A DNA stretch of 64,000 nt, taken from Prochlorococcus sp. AG-409-G20 (GTDB lineage: Bacteria > Cyanobacteriota > Cyanobacteriia > PCC-6307 > Cyanobiaceae). Position 1 is the stretch's first letter. The number at the start of each line of letters is the position of its first letter. The notes under the pieces were generated by a model. The model worked only from the letters and a program-made list of their open reading frames with translations. It did no database searches and was not told the DNA's origin. Both the position numbers and the translations under genes were made by a program. The stretch covers positions 2,833-66,832 of the forward strand of contig QCJW01000008.1 in NCBI GenBank assembly GCA_003215775.1, given 5' to 3'. Below, in pieces: positions 8,791 through 19,606 of this stretch.

Positions 8791-9921
8791 ATGGCTGACG
8801 CGGCCAGAGAACGACTATTAATCCTTGGAGGAGGCCTGATAGGCCTAACAATGGCTCATGAGTTAGCCCGCAAAGGATTTACAATAGAAGTCATTAGTCG
8901 TCAAAAAACTGAGGCTGCAGGTTTTGGGGCAGCTGGAATGTTAGCCCCACATGCAGAAGGATTAACAGGTAATCATTTAGAACTAGGCCTATTAAGTTTA
9001 CAATTAATACCTGAATGGGTGAAGAAGATAGAAAAAGATAGTGGCTTGTCGTGTGGGTACAGAAATTGTGGCATTATAGTTCCATTTTTAAATATTAAAG
9101 AAGCAGAGATATACCCAACTTCCTATCTAGGACTCATACTAAATAGAAAAGAACTTGAAGCTGAAATCCCTGGAATATCCCAGCAATGGAAAAGTGGATT
9201 GTTATTTAATAAAGATGGTCAAATTGACAACCGTCGCAAATTAATGCTCGCATTAGAAAAAGCATGTGTTGCATTAGGAGTAAAGTTTAGGGAAGGAGTC
9301 GAAGTCATTAAGCTCATTGAACAAAAGCAAGAGATTCAAGGAGTAGAAGTTAAAAATACTAAAGGCTTACAAGAGACTATATGGGGACAAAGAGCAATAC
9401 TATGCAGTGGCGCATGGAGTCAAAAAATATTAACGGATCTACCCCTATTTCCGGTTAAAGGAGAAATGCTATCTATACAAGGTCCTAAAAATTCTCTCAA
9501 AAGAATAATTTATGGTCCAGGAACCTACCTTGTACCAAGGGAAGATGACCTGATTATTGTAGGTGCAACAAGCAATAAAGAAGCTAGATTTAACAAAGGA
9601 ATAACACAATCAGGCCAACTTCAATTAAAGAACGGAATTAACTCTCTATTGCCCATAGCAAATCAATGGCCACCTATAGATAGTTGGTGGGGATTTAGAC
9701 CAGGAACTCCAGACGAAATGCCTATTCTTGGCAAATCACGTCTCAAAGGTCTTTGGCTGGCAACAGGACATTACCGAAACGGAGTACTTTTAGCAGCAAT
9801 AACTGCCAAGCTAATCAGTAAATGTATTCTAAAAGATCCTTTAACTCAGAAAGAATCTGAGTTATTAATGTCATTCAACTGGAATCGTTTTAACAAATAT
9901 CATGCTTCAACACGCCAATGA
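8791..9921 (+). CDS. thiO: FAD-dependent glycine oxidase (thiamine biosynthesis)
   Basis: 376 aa. N-terminal dinucleotide fold [17 protein letters not shown] and a DAO-family layout ending in [12 protein letters not shown]. Confidence 0.7.
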   Translation: MADAARERLLILGGGLIGLTMAHELARKGFTIEVISRQKTEAAGFGAAGMLAPHAEGLTGNHLELGLLSLQLIPEWVKKIEKDSGLSCGYRNCGIIVPFLNIKEAEIYPTSYLGLILNRKELEAEIPGISQQWKSGLLFNKDGQIDNRRKLMLALEKACVALGVKFREGVEVIKLIEQKQEIQGVEVKNTKGLQETIWGQRAILCSGAWSQKILTDLPLFPVKGEMLSIQGPKNSLKRIIYGPGTYLVPREDDLIIVGATSNKEARFNKGITQSGQLQLKNGINSLLPIANQWPPIDSWWGFRPGTPDEMPILGKSRLKGLWLATGHYRNGVLLAAITAKLISKCILKDPLTQKESELLMSFNWNRFNKYHASTRQ

Positions 9922-10358
9922 TGGTCGGACTCAGTCCATATATTTAATTCATCAACCTCAAACCAAAGATTTATCTCAAACTGAGCAGTCTCAAGACCAT
10001 CGGAGCCATGTATCACATTGCGACCAATATTTATTGCCAAATCTCCACGAATAGTTCCTGGCTCAGCATCCAAAGGCTTTGTACCACCAATTAATTTACG
10101 AGCACTTGCAATAACCCCCTCACCCTCCCAAACCATTGCCACAACAGGGCCACTCGTAATGAAATCCACTAAGCCAGCAAAGAAAGGACGCTCTCTATGA
10201 ACACCATAATGTTCTTCGGCCAATGCCCGACTAGGAGTTAGTTGCTTTAAAGCAACTAACTTAAAACCTTTACGCTCAAACCGACCAAGAATCTCACCAA
10301 CCAAACCCCTTTGTACCCCATCAGGCTTAATCGCCACAAAAGTTCTTTCAGTAACCAT
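9900..10358 (-). CDS. ndk: Nucleoside diphosphate kinase
   Basis: [20 protein letters not shown] and NVIHGSD motifs. I prefer the ATG at 10358 (MVTERTF...) to the GTG at 10379 used by the ORF track. Confidence 0.95.
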   Translation of the reverse strand: MVTERTFVAIKPDGVQRGLVGEILGRFERKGFKLVALKQLTPSRALAEEHYGVHRERPFFAGLVDFITSGPVVAMVWEGEGVIASARKLIGGTKPLDAEPGTIRGDLAINIGRNVIHGSDGLETAQFEINLWFEVDELNIWTESDHHWRVEA

Positions 10359-10498
10359 GACAATAAAAAGATCTAACACCAGACATGGTCGTAGTTAAAC
10401 TACCTTCTTGGCAAGCAAATCAAATTTTTTCTTAGATTTAACTCAACCAGAGCCTTTAAAAATACCAAGAAGCTCATTTGTACTATGCCCCGTAGGTT

Positions 10499-12445
10499 TT
10501 GACATTCGCCGATCACCCTCAAAACCAAAAAAAATGGTCTGCCATAGACAGCTCAACTCTCTATGGACTCGATCGCTGGGGAACACGTTATTTCTCAATT
10601 AATAGCTACGGAAACATTAGTGTTAGCCCCAAAGGCCCCACAGAGCATGGACTTGACTTAATGGATCTTGTCAAAGAATTAGAAGGGAGAAATCTAATGC
10701 TTCCACTACTAATTCGCTTTGATGACATTCTTGAAGATAGATTAATCAGTCTACATATGGCTTTCAAGAATTCTATAGATGAATACAATTACAAAGGAGA
10801 GTATCAAGGTGTTTTTCCGATCAAATGCAATCAGAAACGGCATGTTGTTGAAGAGTTAATCAGTTGTGGTAGGCATTGGAACTTAGGTCTAGAAGCGGGT
10901 AGCAAGGCAGAATTATTAATAGCTTTATCCCTTATTGACAATGACAAAGCCCTTTTAGTTTGCAATGGATACAAAGACGAGCGTTATATTGAAACAGCTA
11001 TTTTAGCTAGACAACTTGGTAGACAACCAATAGTAGTTATCGAACAAACTGATGAAGTAGATCGAATAATTAAAGCCAGCCAAGAACTTGGTTCTGCTCC
11101 AATCATTGGTATCAGGGCTAAATTGTCTAGCAAAGGTAGTGGACGCTGGAAAAGTACAATAGGTGAAAAATCAAAATTCGGTCTAACTATTCCAGAGATC
11201 ATACAAACAATTGAGAAATTAAAGAAGCACCAACTATTAAATGAGTTGAAACTACTCCATTTTCATATTGGCAGCCAAGTCAGTGATATAGCCATCCTAA
11301 AAGATGCCTTACAAGAGGCAGGTCAAATATATGTTGCATTAAATAAACTTGGTGCACCAATGGGCTACCTAGATGTAGGTGGTGGCCTAGGAGTTGACTA
11401 CGATGGTAGTTCTACAAATAATGAAGCATCTACAAACTATTCACTTCAAAACTATGCCAATGACGTAGTTGCAACTATTGGTGAATGTTGTGAATCTAAT
11501 AACATTAAAGTTCCAACCCTTGTGAGCGAAAGTGGAAGAGCTATTGCTTCCCACTTTTCAATACTACTTTTTAATATATTGGGTACTAGTGAAAATAAGA
11601 ACGAAATTCCAAAAGCCACGAAAGACGAATGCTTGCCTGTGCGCAATCTTAGAGAAACTCTTAAAAACATTCAAAAATTAAAAGTATTATCTAAGATCGA
11701 TTACTCAAAGATTCAAGAAGCATGGAATGACGCCATCAAGTTTAAAGAAGATGCACTCAATGCTTTCCGTCTAGGTTATCTTACTTTACCTGAAAGAGCT
11801 TTAGCTGAGCAACTGACTTTGGCCTGCACAGAATCTCTATTCAATTTAATTCCCAATAATGAATTACTGCCGGAAGAATTCAAAAAGCTACAATCAGCTC
11901 TATCAATTACTTATTACGCAAATTTATCAGTCTTCCGTTCCGCACCAGATACATGGGCTATTAATCAATTATTTCCCATAATGCCAATTCATAGACTCAA
12001 CGAAAAGCCTACTAAGTTTGGTCATTTTGCTGATTTAACTTGTGATTCAGATGGTAAGCTTTCTCAATTTATTAACCATGGAGGTACTAAATCACTACTT
12101 GAATTGCATGAATTTAAAGCAAATGAAAATTATGTAATAGGCATGTTTCTAATAGGCGCTTATCAAGAAGTTATGGGCAATCTCCATAACCTATTTGGCA
12201 GTACTAATGCAGTTCATATTCGTCTAACTGAAAACGGTAATTACAAAATAGATCATGTAGTTAGAGGAAATAGCAAATCAGATGTACTTATGGCAATGGA
12301 GCATGACCCAAAATTACTTCTTGAGAGACTGCGTATAGCAAGTGAAGTAGCAATTCAAAAAGGATCTCTCAAAATCAGTGATGCACAACGACTAATGGAT
12401 CATCTTGAAAATAGTCTTCGTCAAAGTACATACTTACATCAATAA
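10499..12445 (+). CDS. speA: Biosynthetic arginine decarboxylase
   Basis: 648 aa. SpeA-like N-terminus (W..S..LYGLDRWG..YF.IN..GN..V) and a PLP-decarboxylase fold. The TTG start is forced, because an in-frame TAG sits two codons upstream and there is no early in-frame ATG. Confidence 0.9.
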   Translation: MTFADHPQNQKKWSAIDSSTLYGLDRWGTRYFSINSYGNISVSPKGPTEHGLDLMDLVKELEGRNLMLPLLIRFDDILEDRLISLHMAFKNSIDEYNYKGEYQGVFPIKCNQKRHVVEELISCGRHWNLGLEAGSKAELLIALSLIDNDKALLVCNGYKDERYIETAILARQLGRQPIVVIEQTDEVDRIIKASQELGSAPIIGIRAKLSSKGSGRWKSTIGEKSKFGLTIPEIIQTIEKLKKHQLLNELKLLHFHIGSQVSDIAILKDALQEAGQIYVALNKLGAPMGYLDVGGGLGVDYDGSSTNNEASTNYSLQNYANDVVATIGECCESNNIKVPTLVSESGRAIASHFSILLFNILGTSENKNEIPKATKDECLPVRNLRETLKNIQKLKVLSKIDYSKIQEAWNDAIKFKEDALNAFRLGYLTLPERALAEQLTLACTESLFNLIPNNELLPEEFKKLQSALSITYYANLSVFRSAPDTWAINQLFPIMPIHRLNEKPTKFGHFADLTCDSDGKLSQFINHGGTKSLLELHEFKANENYVIGMFLIGAYQEVMGNLHNLFGSTNAVHIRLTENGNYKIDHVVRGNSKSDVLMAMEHDPKLLLERLRIASEVAIQKGSLKISDAQRLMDHLENSLRQSTYLHQ

Positions 12446-12452
12446 CTTATAA

Positions 12453-15122
12453 TTATGTTGACAATTGCTCAAATGCAGAGAGCAAAGCATTGTCGAGTTC
12501 TTTCGCATCACGTGCACCAGCTTGAGCCAAATTAGGTCTACCACCGCCACCGCCTCCACATAACTTTGCTATCTCGCCAATAAATTTACCCGCTTGAAAA
12601 CCACCTGAAATAATCTCTGTGCCAAATGCCGCTACAAAAACGACTTTATTCTCCTGAGAAAGGTCCGGAAGCCCACCCAGAACAATAGCTGCATCAACTC
12701 CTATTGAGTCCATAAGAGCTTTTGCACCACTTTGCATGGAACCACCATCAATACCATCTAATCGCTTAACAAGAATTTGACGTTTACCAACAGATTTAAC
12801 TTCACTTATAAGAGCCATAATTTTTAAACTAGCAAGTTCCTCTCTTGTACCTAAAAGAGACTTTGAAACAGATTTCACTTCATCTTGAAGTGCAATTACA
12901 CGATCTACTATTTCATTAGGCTGAACTTTAAATCGATCACTTAATTGCTTAACAACTGAATCACGATTTTTTAAATACTCCAAAACACAAGGTCCCGAGA
13001 TAGCCTCAATGCGTCGGATACCTGCTGCAATTCCACTCTCAGAAATAATCTTAAAAAGTCCTATTTCAGAAGTATTTGCAACATGGGTTCCTCCACACAA
13101 TTCCTTAGAGATTCCAGGAACATCTACTACACGTACAATATCTTCATACTTCTCTCCAAACATTGCAATTGCCCCTTCAGCTTTTGCATCCTTAATTGAC
13201 ATTGTCTTTATAGATAATTGATGACACTCAGCAATCCATAGATTAATCAAGCTTTCAACTTCATCTAACTCTGAGGTCTTAATTGGTCTGGAAAAGTGAA
13301 AATCAAAACGTAACCGCTCAAAATCTACTAATGATCCAGCCTGGGCAATATCTATATTTACGACTTTTTTCAATGCTGCTTGCAAAAGATGAGTAGCAGT
13401 ATGATTCGATTGAGTTCTGCGTCGAGAAGCAAAATCTACTTGTGAAGAAACAACGTCTCCTACTGCCAAACTGCCTTCTTTTATTATTCCAGTATGTACA
13501 AAAACTTTTTGATTACGAATAACATTTTCAATCTCTATTAAACAATTACTAGATGTATTTTTGTTGAGAACAATGGCGCCAATATCCCCAACTTGTCCTC
13601 CACCTTCACCATAAAAAGGTGTACTATCTAAAATTATTTGTACATTATCCCCTTGATTTGCTCGTTTAGCGAGCTTTCCATTTACCAACAATGCCTTAAC
13701 CAGAGACTGCAGATCTAAAGCCACATAGCCTTGAAAATCTGTTTCTTCTAGTGTTTGGCTAATTTGCTCCAATTCGCCTTGCAAAGTCAAATCAATGCTG
13801 ACACTGGCGGCTTTGGCACGCTGACGCTGAGCCTGCATTGCTAACTCAAAACCTTCAAGGTCAACTGATAAATCATGTTCTTGAGCGATTTCAATAGTCA
13901 ATTCAATTGGGAATCCATATGTGTCATATAGCTCAAAGGCATCATCCCCACTAATCTTCTGAGGATTAGTAGCCAAAAGATCCGATAACAACTTTTCTCC
14001 ACGCTCTAAAGTTTCTAAAAAACGATTTTCCTCACGTTCTAATTCCTGAAGAATCAGATCCCTTCGTTCTAATAAATCTGGATAGGCTACCTGCATTAAT
14101 TCAATCCCAGCACAACCCATTTCTCTCAAGAAAGGTTGTTTAATTCCCACTAAGCGACCATGTCGAATTACTCTTCTAAGTAGTCTACGTAATACATATC
14201 CCCTACCTAAATTACTAGCCGTTACACCATCACTAATCAAATGTATAACAGCACGAGTATGATCTCCAATGATTTTAAGTGATGTTTGATGTGTATTATG
14301 CAATTTGGAATAATCAACCAAAGCTAATGAAGCAGCCTTTTGAAGAAGAGGGAAAATCAAATCTGTTTCATAATTATTAGGCACACCTTGCAATATTTGA
14401 GCCATTCTTTCTAAGCCCATACCTGTATCAATATTGCACGTCTCTAAAGGTTTTAATTGACCCTGAGAATCTCGGTTGTATTGCATGAAAACTAAATTAT
14501 AAAATTCAATAAAACGATTCTCATCATTCAAATCAATCCCATCAACCTCTAAATCAGGTTTAAAATCATAATAAATCTCAGAACAAGGTCCACAGGGACC
14601 AGTAGGACCTGCAGCCCAAAAATTATCTTCTTCATCCATTCTGATGATCTTCTGAGGATCAACACCTACTACCTCTCGCCATATTTCTTCGGCTTCATCA
14701 TCTTCACGAAAGATACTAACTACTAAGTTTCTTGGATTTAATCCATAAATATTAGTACTTAATTCCCAGGCCCATTGAATTGCCTCGCGCTTAAAATAAT
14801 CCCCAAAAGAAAAATTACCAAGCATCTCAAAAAATGTTTGATGCCTGGCAGTTCTGCCTACGTTTTCAATATCATTAGTTCTTATACACTTTTGACTACT
14901 CGTCGCCCTAGCTGCTGGACGATCCTTCTGTCCAAGGAAAACAGGTTTAAATTGCAGCATTCCTGCAATAGTTAATAAAACTGTTGGATCCTCTGGAATC
15001 AAAGAAGAGCTAGGAACAACTAAATGACCTCGTTCAGCAAAAAAGGCCAGAAACGCATTGCGAATTTCTTGACCAGTACGTGGTCGCGACTTGTGAAAGC
15101 TAGAAAGTTGTTTATCAGCCAT
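12453..15122 (-). CDS. alaS: Alanine--tRNA ligase
   Basis: 889 aa. Class II core, an editing domain with the HTATHLL motif, and a C-terminal GGGGGRPNLAQAG (DHHA1). Confidence 0.97.
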   Translation of the reverse strand: MADKQLSSFHKSRPRTGQEIRNAFLAFFAERGHLVVPSSSLIPEDPTVLLTIAGMLQFKPVFLGQKDRPAARATSSQKCIRTNDIENVGRTARHQTFFEMLGNFSFGDYFKREAIQWAWELSTNIYGLNPRNLVVSIFREDDEAEEIWREVVGVDPQKIIRMDEEDNFWAAGPTGPCGPCSEIYYDFKPDLEVDGIDLNDENRFIEFYNLVFMQYNRDSQGQLKPLETCNIDTGMGLERMAQILQGVPNNYETDLIFPLLQKAASLALVDYSKLHNTHQTSLKIIGDHTRAVIHLISDGVTASNLGRGYVLRRLLRRVIRHGRLVGIKQPFLREMGCAGIELMQVAYPDLLERRDLILQELEREENRFLETLERGEKLLSDLLATNPQKISGDDAFELYDTYGFPIELTIEIAQEHDLSVDLEGFELAMQAQRQRAKAASVSIDLTLQGELEQISQTLEETDFQGYVALDLQSLVKALLVNGKLAKRANQGDNVQIILDSTPFYGEGGGQVGDIGAIVLNKNTSSNCLIEIENVIRNQKVFVHTGIIKEGSLAVGDVVSSQVDFASRRRTQSNHTATHLLQAALKKVVNIDIAQAGSLVDFERLRFDFHFSRPIKTSELDEVESLINLWIAECHQLSIKTMSIKDAKAEGAIAMFGEKYEDIVRVVDVPGISKELCGGTHVANTSEIGLFKIISESGIAAGIRRIEAISGPCVLEYLKNRDSVVKQLSDRFKVQPNEIVDRVIALQDEVKSVSKSLLGTREELASLKIMALISEVKSVGKRQILVKRLDGIDGGSMQSGAKALMDSIGVDAAIVLGGLPDLSQENKVVFVAAFGTEIISGGFQAGKFIGEIAKLCGGGGGGRPNLAQAGARDAKELDNALLSAFEQLST

Positions 15123-15495
15123 AGCCCAAAGAAGCCTAAAGAACTTTCAACATCCATAATCACCTTATAAGAAAGAGCTCCAATATCAGAGATCTACCAA
15201 GAACGATAAATCACCCTATTGACTCATTCTATTCAGTTAAAAGGCCAAAGATAGTCATTAAGCTGACCTTACCGAAAGTTGAATTAAGACTAAATTTATA
15301 TTATTCAAACCATATCAGTAACTACTTGCCTTCATGAAAAGCATTGTCAATGCTTAAAGGATAAGAAACAAACCAAATTGATGTCTTGCAGCTCTCTAAA
15401 CTACAATTGTCCATAATTGAACTCCTCAAGGAGTTGTTGTTGCAGAAAAGCAACACACTTCAAGAGACCGAAGCAATGTTTTCAGTGTCGCAGCT

Positions 15496-18400
15496 ATGAG
15501 CCTGCTGCACGCCACTTGGCTTCCAGCCATTCGCACCCCTACCTCTTCTGGTCGCCCTGCTTTATTGCTATGGGCAGATACATGGCGAGTCGCAACCCCA
15601 ACAGGTCCAAAAGATACACCAGCAAGCCATCCATTTACACTCAACCAAGAAGATCTAAGAAAATGGCTCATTGCAAAAGATCTTTTACCTCAAGAAACTG
15701 TCACTGCGACAGCTTGCTTAACTTTACCTAGCAAAGAGATAAGACTAGACAGCAGATCTGCTCAAACAGTAAAAGATAACAACAATTCAACTGAATATGC
15801 TTGGACAGGCTTGCCTTTACAAGCAGGAGAACCAACACCAAAACACTGTGAATGGTGGCCTTGGCAAGTCGAAGGATTAGCAATAGAACCTGGTGAAGCA
15901 ACAAATTGGTTATCTAAACTTCCGTTATCTGAGCAAAATCAAGACCTTGGCAATGAACTTCTATGGTGGAGTCATCTTCAACGTTGGGCATTAAGCCTCA
16001 TTGCACGTGGACGATGGCTACCACAAGTTGAACTAAGCAAAGGAGAAGGCTACCCACACCGAGCCAGATGGCTTCCTCTACTCAATCGTGAAGATGATCG
16101 ACGCAGGTTAGAAGAATTCGCAAGCAAACTTCCACTAATCGCAACCTGTGCTTTGCCTTGGAGAGAGCCAATAGGAAGCAAAGCAAATCGTTCGCTCCGC
16201 ATGAGACCAGAAGCAATGAGAGCTGCTAATCCTGTGGCATCATGCAGACCTAGGAGTGGGCTACTTCGAGTCGCAACACTACTTGCAGATCTCGTAGATG
16301 CACAGCTAAGAAAAAACTTCAATCCAACTACTCAAAAGCTGGATCCATTGTTGACTGCTTGGCAGGAAGGACTCAGTTCACAAACTGGACTCATTACTCT
16401 TCCTAATAACGACGTTGAACGCCTTGCAAAAGCAAGTAATCACTGGAGAGAAGGAGTTGCAGGGAATGTTGCAGCAGCAAAAGCTTGCCTTGAATTATTT
16501 ATACCTGAAAAAGATGAAGAGCACTGGAATCTAGGTTTTAAATTACAGGCAGAAGCAGATCCAACACTCCAAATACCTGCTTCATCTGTGTGGGCAGCCG
16601 GGACAAAGACTCTTCAACTTGGCGAAATCCGAGTAGACAAGCCTGCCGAAATTCTATTAGAAGGAATGGGTCGAGCACTTGCAATATTTCAACCACTTGA
16701 AAGAGGACTGGAAGGTGCAACTCCAGAATTGATGCAACTAACACCTAACGAGGCATTTGTTTTAATCCGTACTGCTGCAGCTCAGCTCCGTAATATTGGC
16801 ATTGGTGTGATATTGCCACCAAGTCTTTCAGGAGGATTAGCTAGTCGTCTAGGCCTCTCAATAAAAGCAGAGTTATCAGACACATCTATAGGATTTGCAC
16901 TTGGTGAAAGTCTTACTTGGTCTTGGGAACTCATGATTGGAGGCATAACATTATCTCTGAAAGAACTAAAGCTTCTAACAGGCAAACAAAGCCCTTTAGT
17001 CCAATACAACGGTGAATGGCTTGAATTAAGACCTAACGATCTAAAGAATGCAGAGCGTTTCTGCAGTTCCAATTCAACGATCAGCTTAGATGATGCTCTG
17101 AGACTTACTGCAACAGAAGGCAATACATTCATGAAGCTTCCTGTTCATAACTTTGAAGCAGGCCCAAGACTTCAAAATGTTTTACAGCAATATCACAAAC
17201 TCAAAGTCCCAGATCCTTTACCTGCCCCACCAGGATTTATTGGACAATTAAGACCATATCAAGAAAAAGGCTTAGGATGGCTCGCCTTCTTGCATCGGTT
17301 TGATCAAGGTGCATGCTTAGCTGATGACATGGGATTAGGCAAAACAATCCAACTCCTTGCATTCCTTCAATACCTCAAAGCAGAACAAGAACTCAAAAGA
17401 CCAGTATTACTAATTGCGCCAACATCGGTATTAACTAATTGGAAGAGAGAAGCACTAACATTCACACCTGAATTAAATGTCTACGAGCACTATGGTCCTA
17501 AACGATCTTCCACCATATCTGATCTCAAGAAAAACATTAAAGAAGCCAATCTAGTTTTAACTAGTTATGGACTAATACAGCGAGATCTTGAAATCCTAAA
17601 CAATATTGACTGGCAAGGAATAGTGATTGATGAAGCACAAGCAATTAAAAACTCATATGCAAAGCAAAGCCAGGCAACTCGTCAACTAGCGAAATCATGG
17701 AAACATAAACGATTCAAAATAGCCCTCACTGGAACACCAATAGAAAATCGAGTAAGTGAGATCTGGGCACTTATGAACTTTCTGAATCCTAATGTTCTTG
17801 GAGAAGAAGACTTCTTTCGTCAAAGATATCGATTACCAATAGAACAATATGGAGATAATGCTTCCTTTAAAGATCTTAAGTCAAGAGTCAATCCATTCAT
17901 ATTAAGAAGATTAAAAACTGATAAGACAATAATCTCTGACCTGCCAGAAAAGATTGAACTAAGTGAATGGGTAGGTCTGAGTAAAGAACAACAATCACTT
18001 TATAAAAAAACTGTAGAAGAAAGCTTAGATGCAATAGCAACTAAATCATCTAGTCAACAACAAGGACAAGTTCTTGCTCTTTTAACCAGATTAAAACAAA
18101 TCTGTAATCATCCAGCCCTAGCACTCAAAGAAAAAACCTTAACCAATGAATTTATAAAGCGTTCGGCCAAACTAGAGCGACTCAATGAAATTCTCGAAGA
18201 AATTATAGAAAGTGGGGATAGAGCATTACTTTTCACACAATTTACAGAATGGGGTCATCTACTAAAAAGTTATTTGCAAAATAAATGGAAAACGGAAGTG
18301 CCTTTTTTACATGGAAGCACTAAAAAACAAGAGCGCCAGGCAATGATTGATCGATTTCAAGAAGACCCTCGCGGGCCTCATTTGTTCTTACTATCACTCA

Positions 18401-18693
18401 AAGCTGGCGGCGTAGGACTCAACCTCACTCGTGCTAGTCACGTATTTCATATAGATCGATGGTGGAATCCCGCAGTAGAAAATCAGGCGACAGATCGTGC
18501 CTACAGAATTGGACAAACAAAAAGAGTGATGGTTCACAAATTTATTACTAGCGGATCTGTTGAAGAAAAAATCGACAAAATGATTAGAGACAAGGCGCGA
18601 CTAGCAGAAGACATAATTGGTTCAGGAGAAAATTGGTTGACAAGCCTAGGGGTAGATCAGCTGCGTGAACTTGTGACCTTAGAAGAAAATTAA
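15496..18693 (+). CDS. SNF2-family ATPase/helicase with a long (about 570 aa) N-terminal accessory region
   Basis: 1065 aa. Motifs seen: LADDMGLGKT (motif I), VIDEAQAIKN (DEAQ box), LTGTPIENR, and LSLKAGGVGLNLT...DRWWNPAVENQATDRAYRIGQ (motifs V-VI). Confidence 0.9.
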   Translation: MSLLHATWLPAIRTPTSSGRPALLLWADTWRVATPTGPKDTPASHPFTLNQEDLRKWLIAKDLLPQETVTATACLTLPSKEIRLDSRSAQTVKDNNNSTEYAWTGLPLQAGEPTPKHCEWWPWQVEGLAIEPGEATNWLSKLPLSEQNQDLGNELLWWSHLQRWALSLIARGRWLPQVELSKGEGYPHRARWLPLLNREDDRRRLEEFASKLPLIATCALPWREPIGSKANRSLRMRPEAMRAANPVASCRPRSGLLRVATLLADLVDAQLRKNFNPTTQKLDPLLTAWQEGLSSQTGLITLPNNDVERLAKASNHWREGVAGNVAAAKACLELFIPEKDEEHWNLGFKLQAEADPTLQIPASSVWAAGTKTLQLGEIRVDKPAEILLEGMGRALAIFQPLERGLEGATPELMQLTPNEAFVLIRTAAAQLRNIGIGVILPPSLSGGLASRLGLSIKAELSDTSIGFALGESLTWSWELMIGGITLSLKELKLLTGKQSPLVQYNGEWLELRPNDLKNAERFCSSNSTISLDDALRLTATEGNTFMKLPVHNFEAGPRLQNVLQQYHKLKVPDPLPAPPGFIGQLRPYQEKGLGWLAFLHRFDQGACLADDMGLGKTIQLLAFLQYLKAEQELKRPVLLIAPTSVLTNWKREALTFTPELNVYEHYGPKRSSTISDLKKNIKEANLVLTSYGLIQRDLEILNNIDWQGIVIDEAQAIKNSYAKQSQATRQLAKSWKHKRFKIALTGTPIENRVSEIWALMNFLNPNVLGEEDFFRQRYRLPIEQYGDNASFKDLKSRVNPFILRRLKTDKTIISDLPEKIELSEWVGLSKEQQSLYKKTVEESLDAIATKSSSQQQGQVLALLTRLKQICNHPALALKEKTLTNEFIKRSAKLERLNEILEEIIESGDRALLFTQFTEWGHLLKSYLQNKWKTEVPFLHGSTKKQERQAMIDRFQEDPRGPHLFLLSLKAGGVGLNLTRASHVFHIDRWWNPAVENQATDRAYRIGQTKRVMVHKFITSGSVEEKIDKMIRDKARLAEDIIGSGENWLTSLGVDQLRELVTLEEN

Positions 18694-18706
18694 TTAGAAT
18701 TTAGTT

Positions 18707-19606
18707 GTGAGAAATACTCCTCTAACCAATTCCAGCATTACCACTGCTCTGAGTGAGCAAGGGCTAAACGCACAACCATGGTGGGTTGAGCAATGGATGG
18801 AATTAATTAATTCCTATCGATTTAAAAAACGTTTAGAAAGGGCTTGGAGTTATGCAAAAGAAGGAAATGTTATATCGATTACTTTTGAAGGGCGTCGAGT
18901 TCATGCGCGTGTTCAAGGCACTGAAGAAGAGCCTTACAAAGTGAAGATTTGGCTAGATGTACTTAACGATGAAGACTGGGGATATGTGTTTGAAGCTCTT
19001 ACACAAAAAGCAAAATGGTCAGCTCAATTACTAGCTGGAATTATGCCAGCAGATATCGAAAGAGCATTTGCGGCGAGTGGAAAAAGATTATTCCCATTCA
19101 CATTACAAGAAGTACGTAGTGAATGCAGTTGCCCAGATAAGGCCAATCCATGCAAACATATAAGTGCAATTTATTACCTTTTTGGAGATCGGTTTAGTGA
19201 AGATCCTTTTGTACTTTTTCAACTGAGAGGTAGAAATAGAACTCAATTACTATCCGACTTAGCAGATCAACGGCAAAAATTAATCGTCAGTCTTACGAAA
19301 GAACAAATGAAAAATAAAGCAATGATACAAAAATCGAGTATGCCAGACGAGACCCCTATCCCTATTCATCCTGCATTTACCAAGCCAAGCTTATGGTGGA
19401 GTTATGACTCTGTTCTTAGCTCTGATTTAGTAGTCATTACGCCTTCGTTAGAAGAAGATACAGGATTAAATACAGCAGGTGAACTACCTTTAGCAGAAGA
19501 CCCTAGATTTTCAAAGGCCCGCCAAAACTTTATGAATCACTTACATGAGCAAGGACAAAAATTTTCCCAACAAGCAATGCTCCAAGCCATGGCAACAGAT
19601 GAATGA
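18707..19606 (+). CDS. SWIM zinc-finger protein
   Basis: 299 aa. CSCPDKANPCKH matches the CxCxnCxH SWIM signature. GTG start 14 nt after the SNF2 stop. Confidence 0.8.
   Translation: MRNTPLTNSSITTALSEQGLNAQPWWVEQWMELINSYRFKKRLERAWSYAKEGNVISITFEGRRVHARVQGTEEEPYKVKIWLDVLNDEDWGYVFEALTQKAKWSAQLLAGIMPADIERAFAASGKRLFPFTLQEVRSECSCPDKANPCKHISAIYYLFGDRFSEDPFVLFQLRGRNRTQLLSDLADQRQKLIVSLTKEQMKNKAMIQKSSMPDETPIPIHPAFTKPSLWWSYDSVLSSDLVVITPSLEEDTGLNTAGELPLAEDPRFSKARQNFMNHLHEQGQKFSQQAMLQAMATDE

Noticed and set aside
15419-15434. AACTCCTCAAGGAGTT, which contains ACUCCUCA and resembles the Yfr1 sRNA core motif
   Set aside because: The Yfr1 motif is single-stranded ACUCCUCACAC flanked by two stem-loops. Here the sequence is itself the stem of a 6-bp hairpin, the motif is incomplete, and the genomic context (upstream of the SNF2 gene) is not the known Yfr1 locus.
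15417-17132. Five ORFs (15417+, 15426-, 16050-, 16538-, 16782-) overlapping the SNF2 gene
   Set aside because: All fall in the locally GC-rich 5' half of the SNF2 gene, where stop codons are rare in every frame. Their translations are Arg/Ser/Leu-rich with no motifs, while the SNF2 frame is continuous for 1065 codons.
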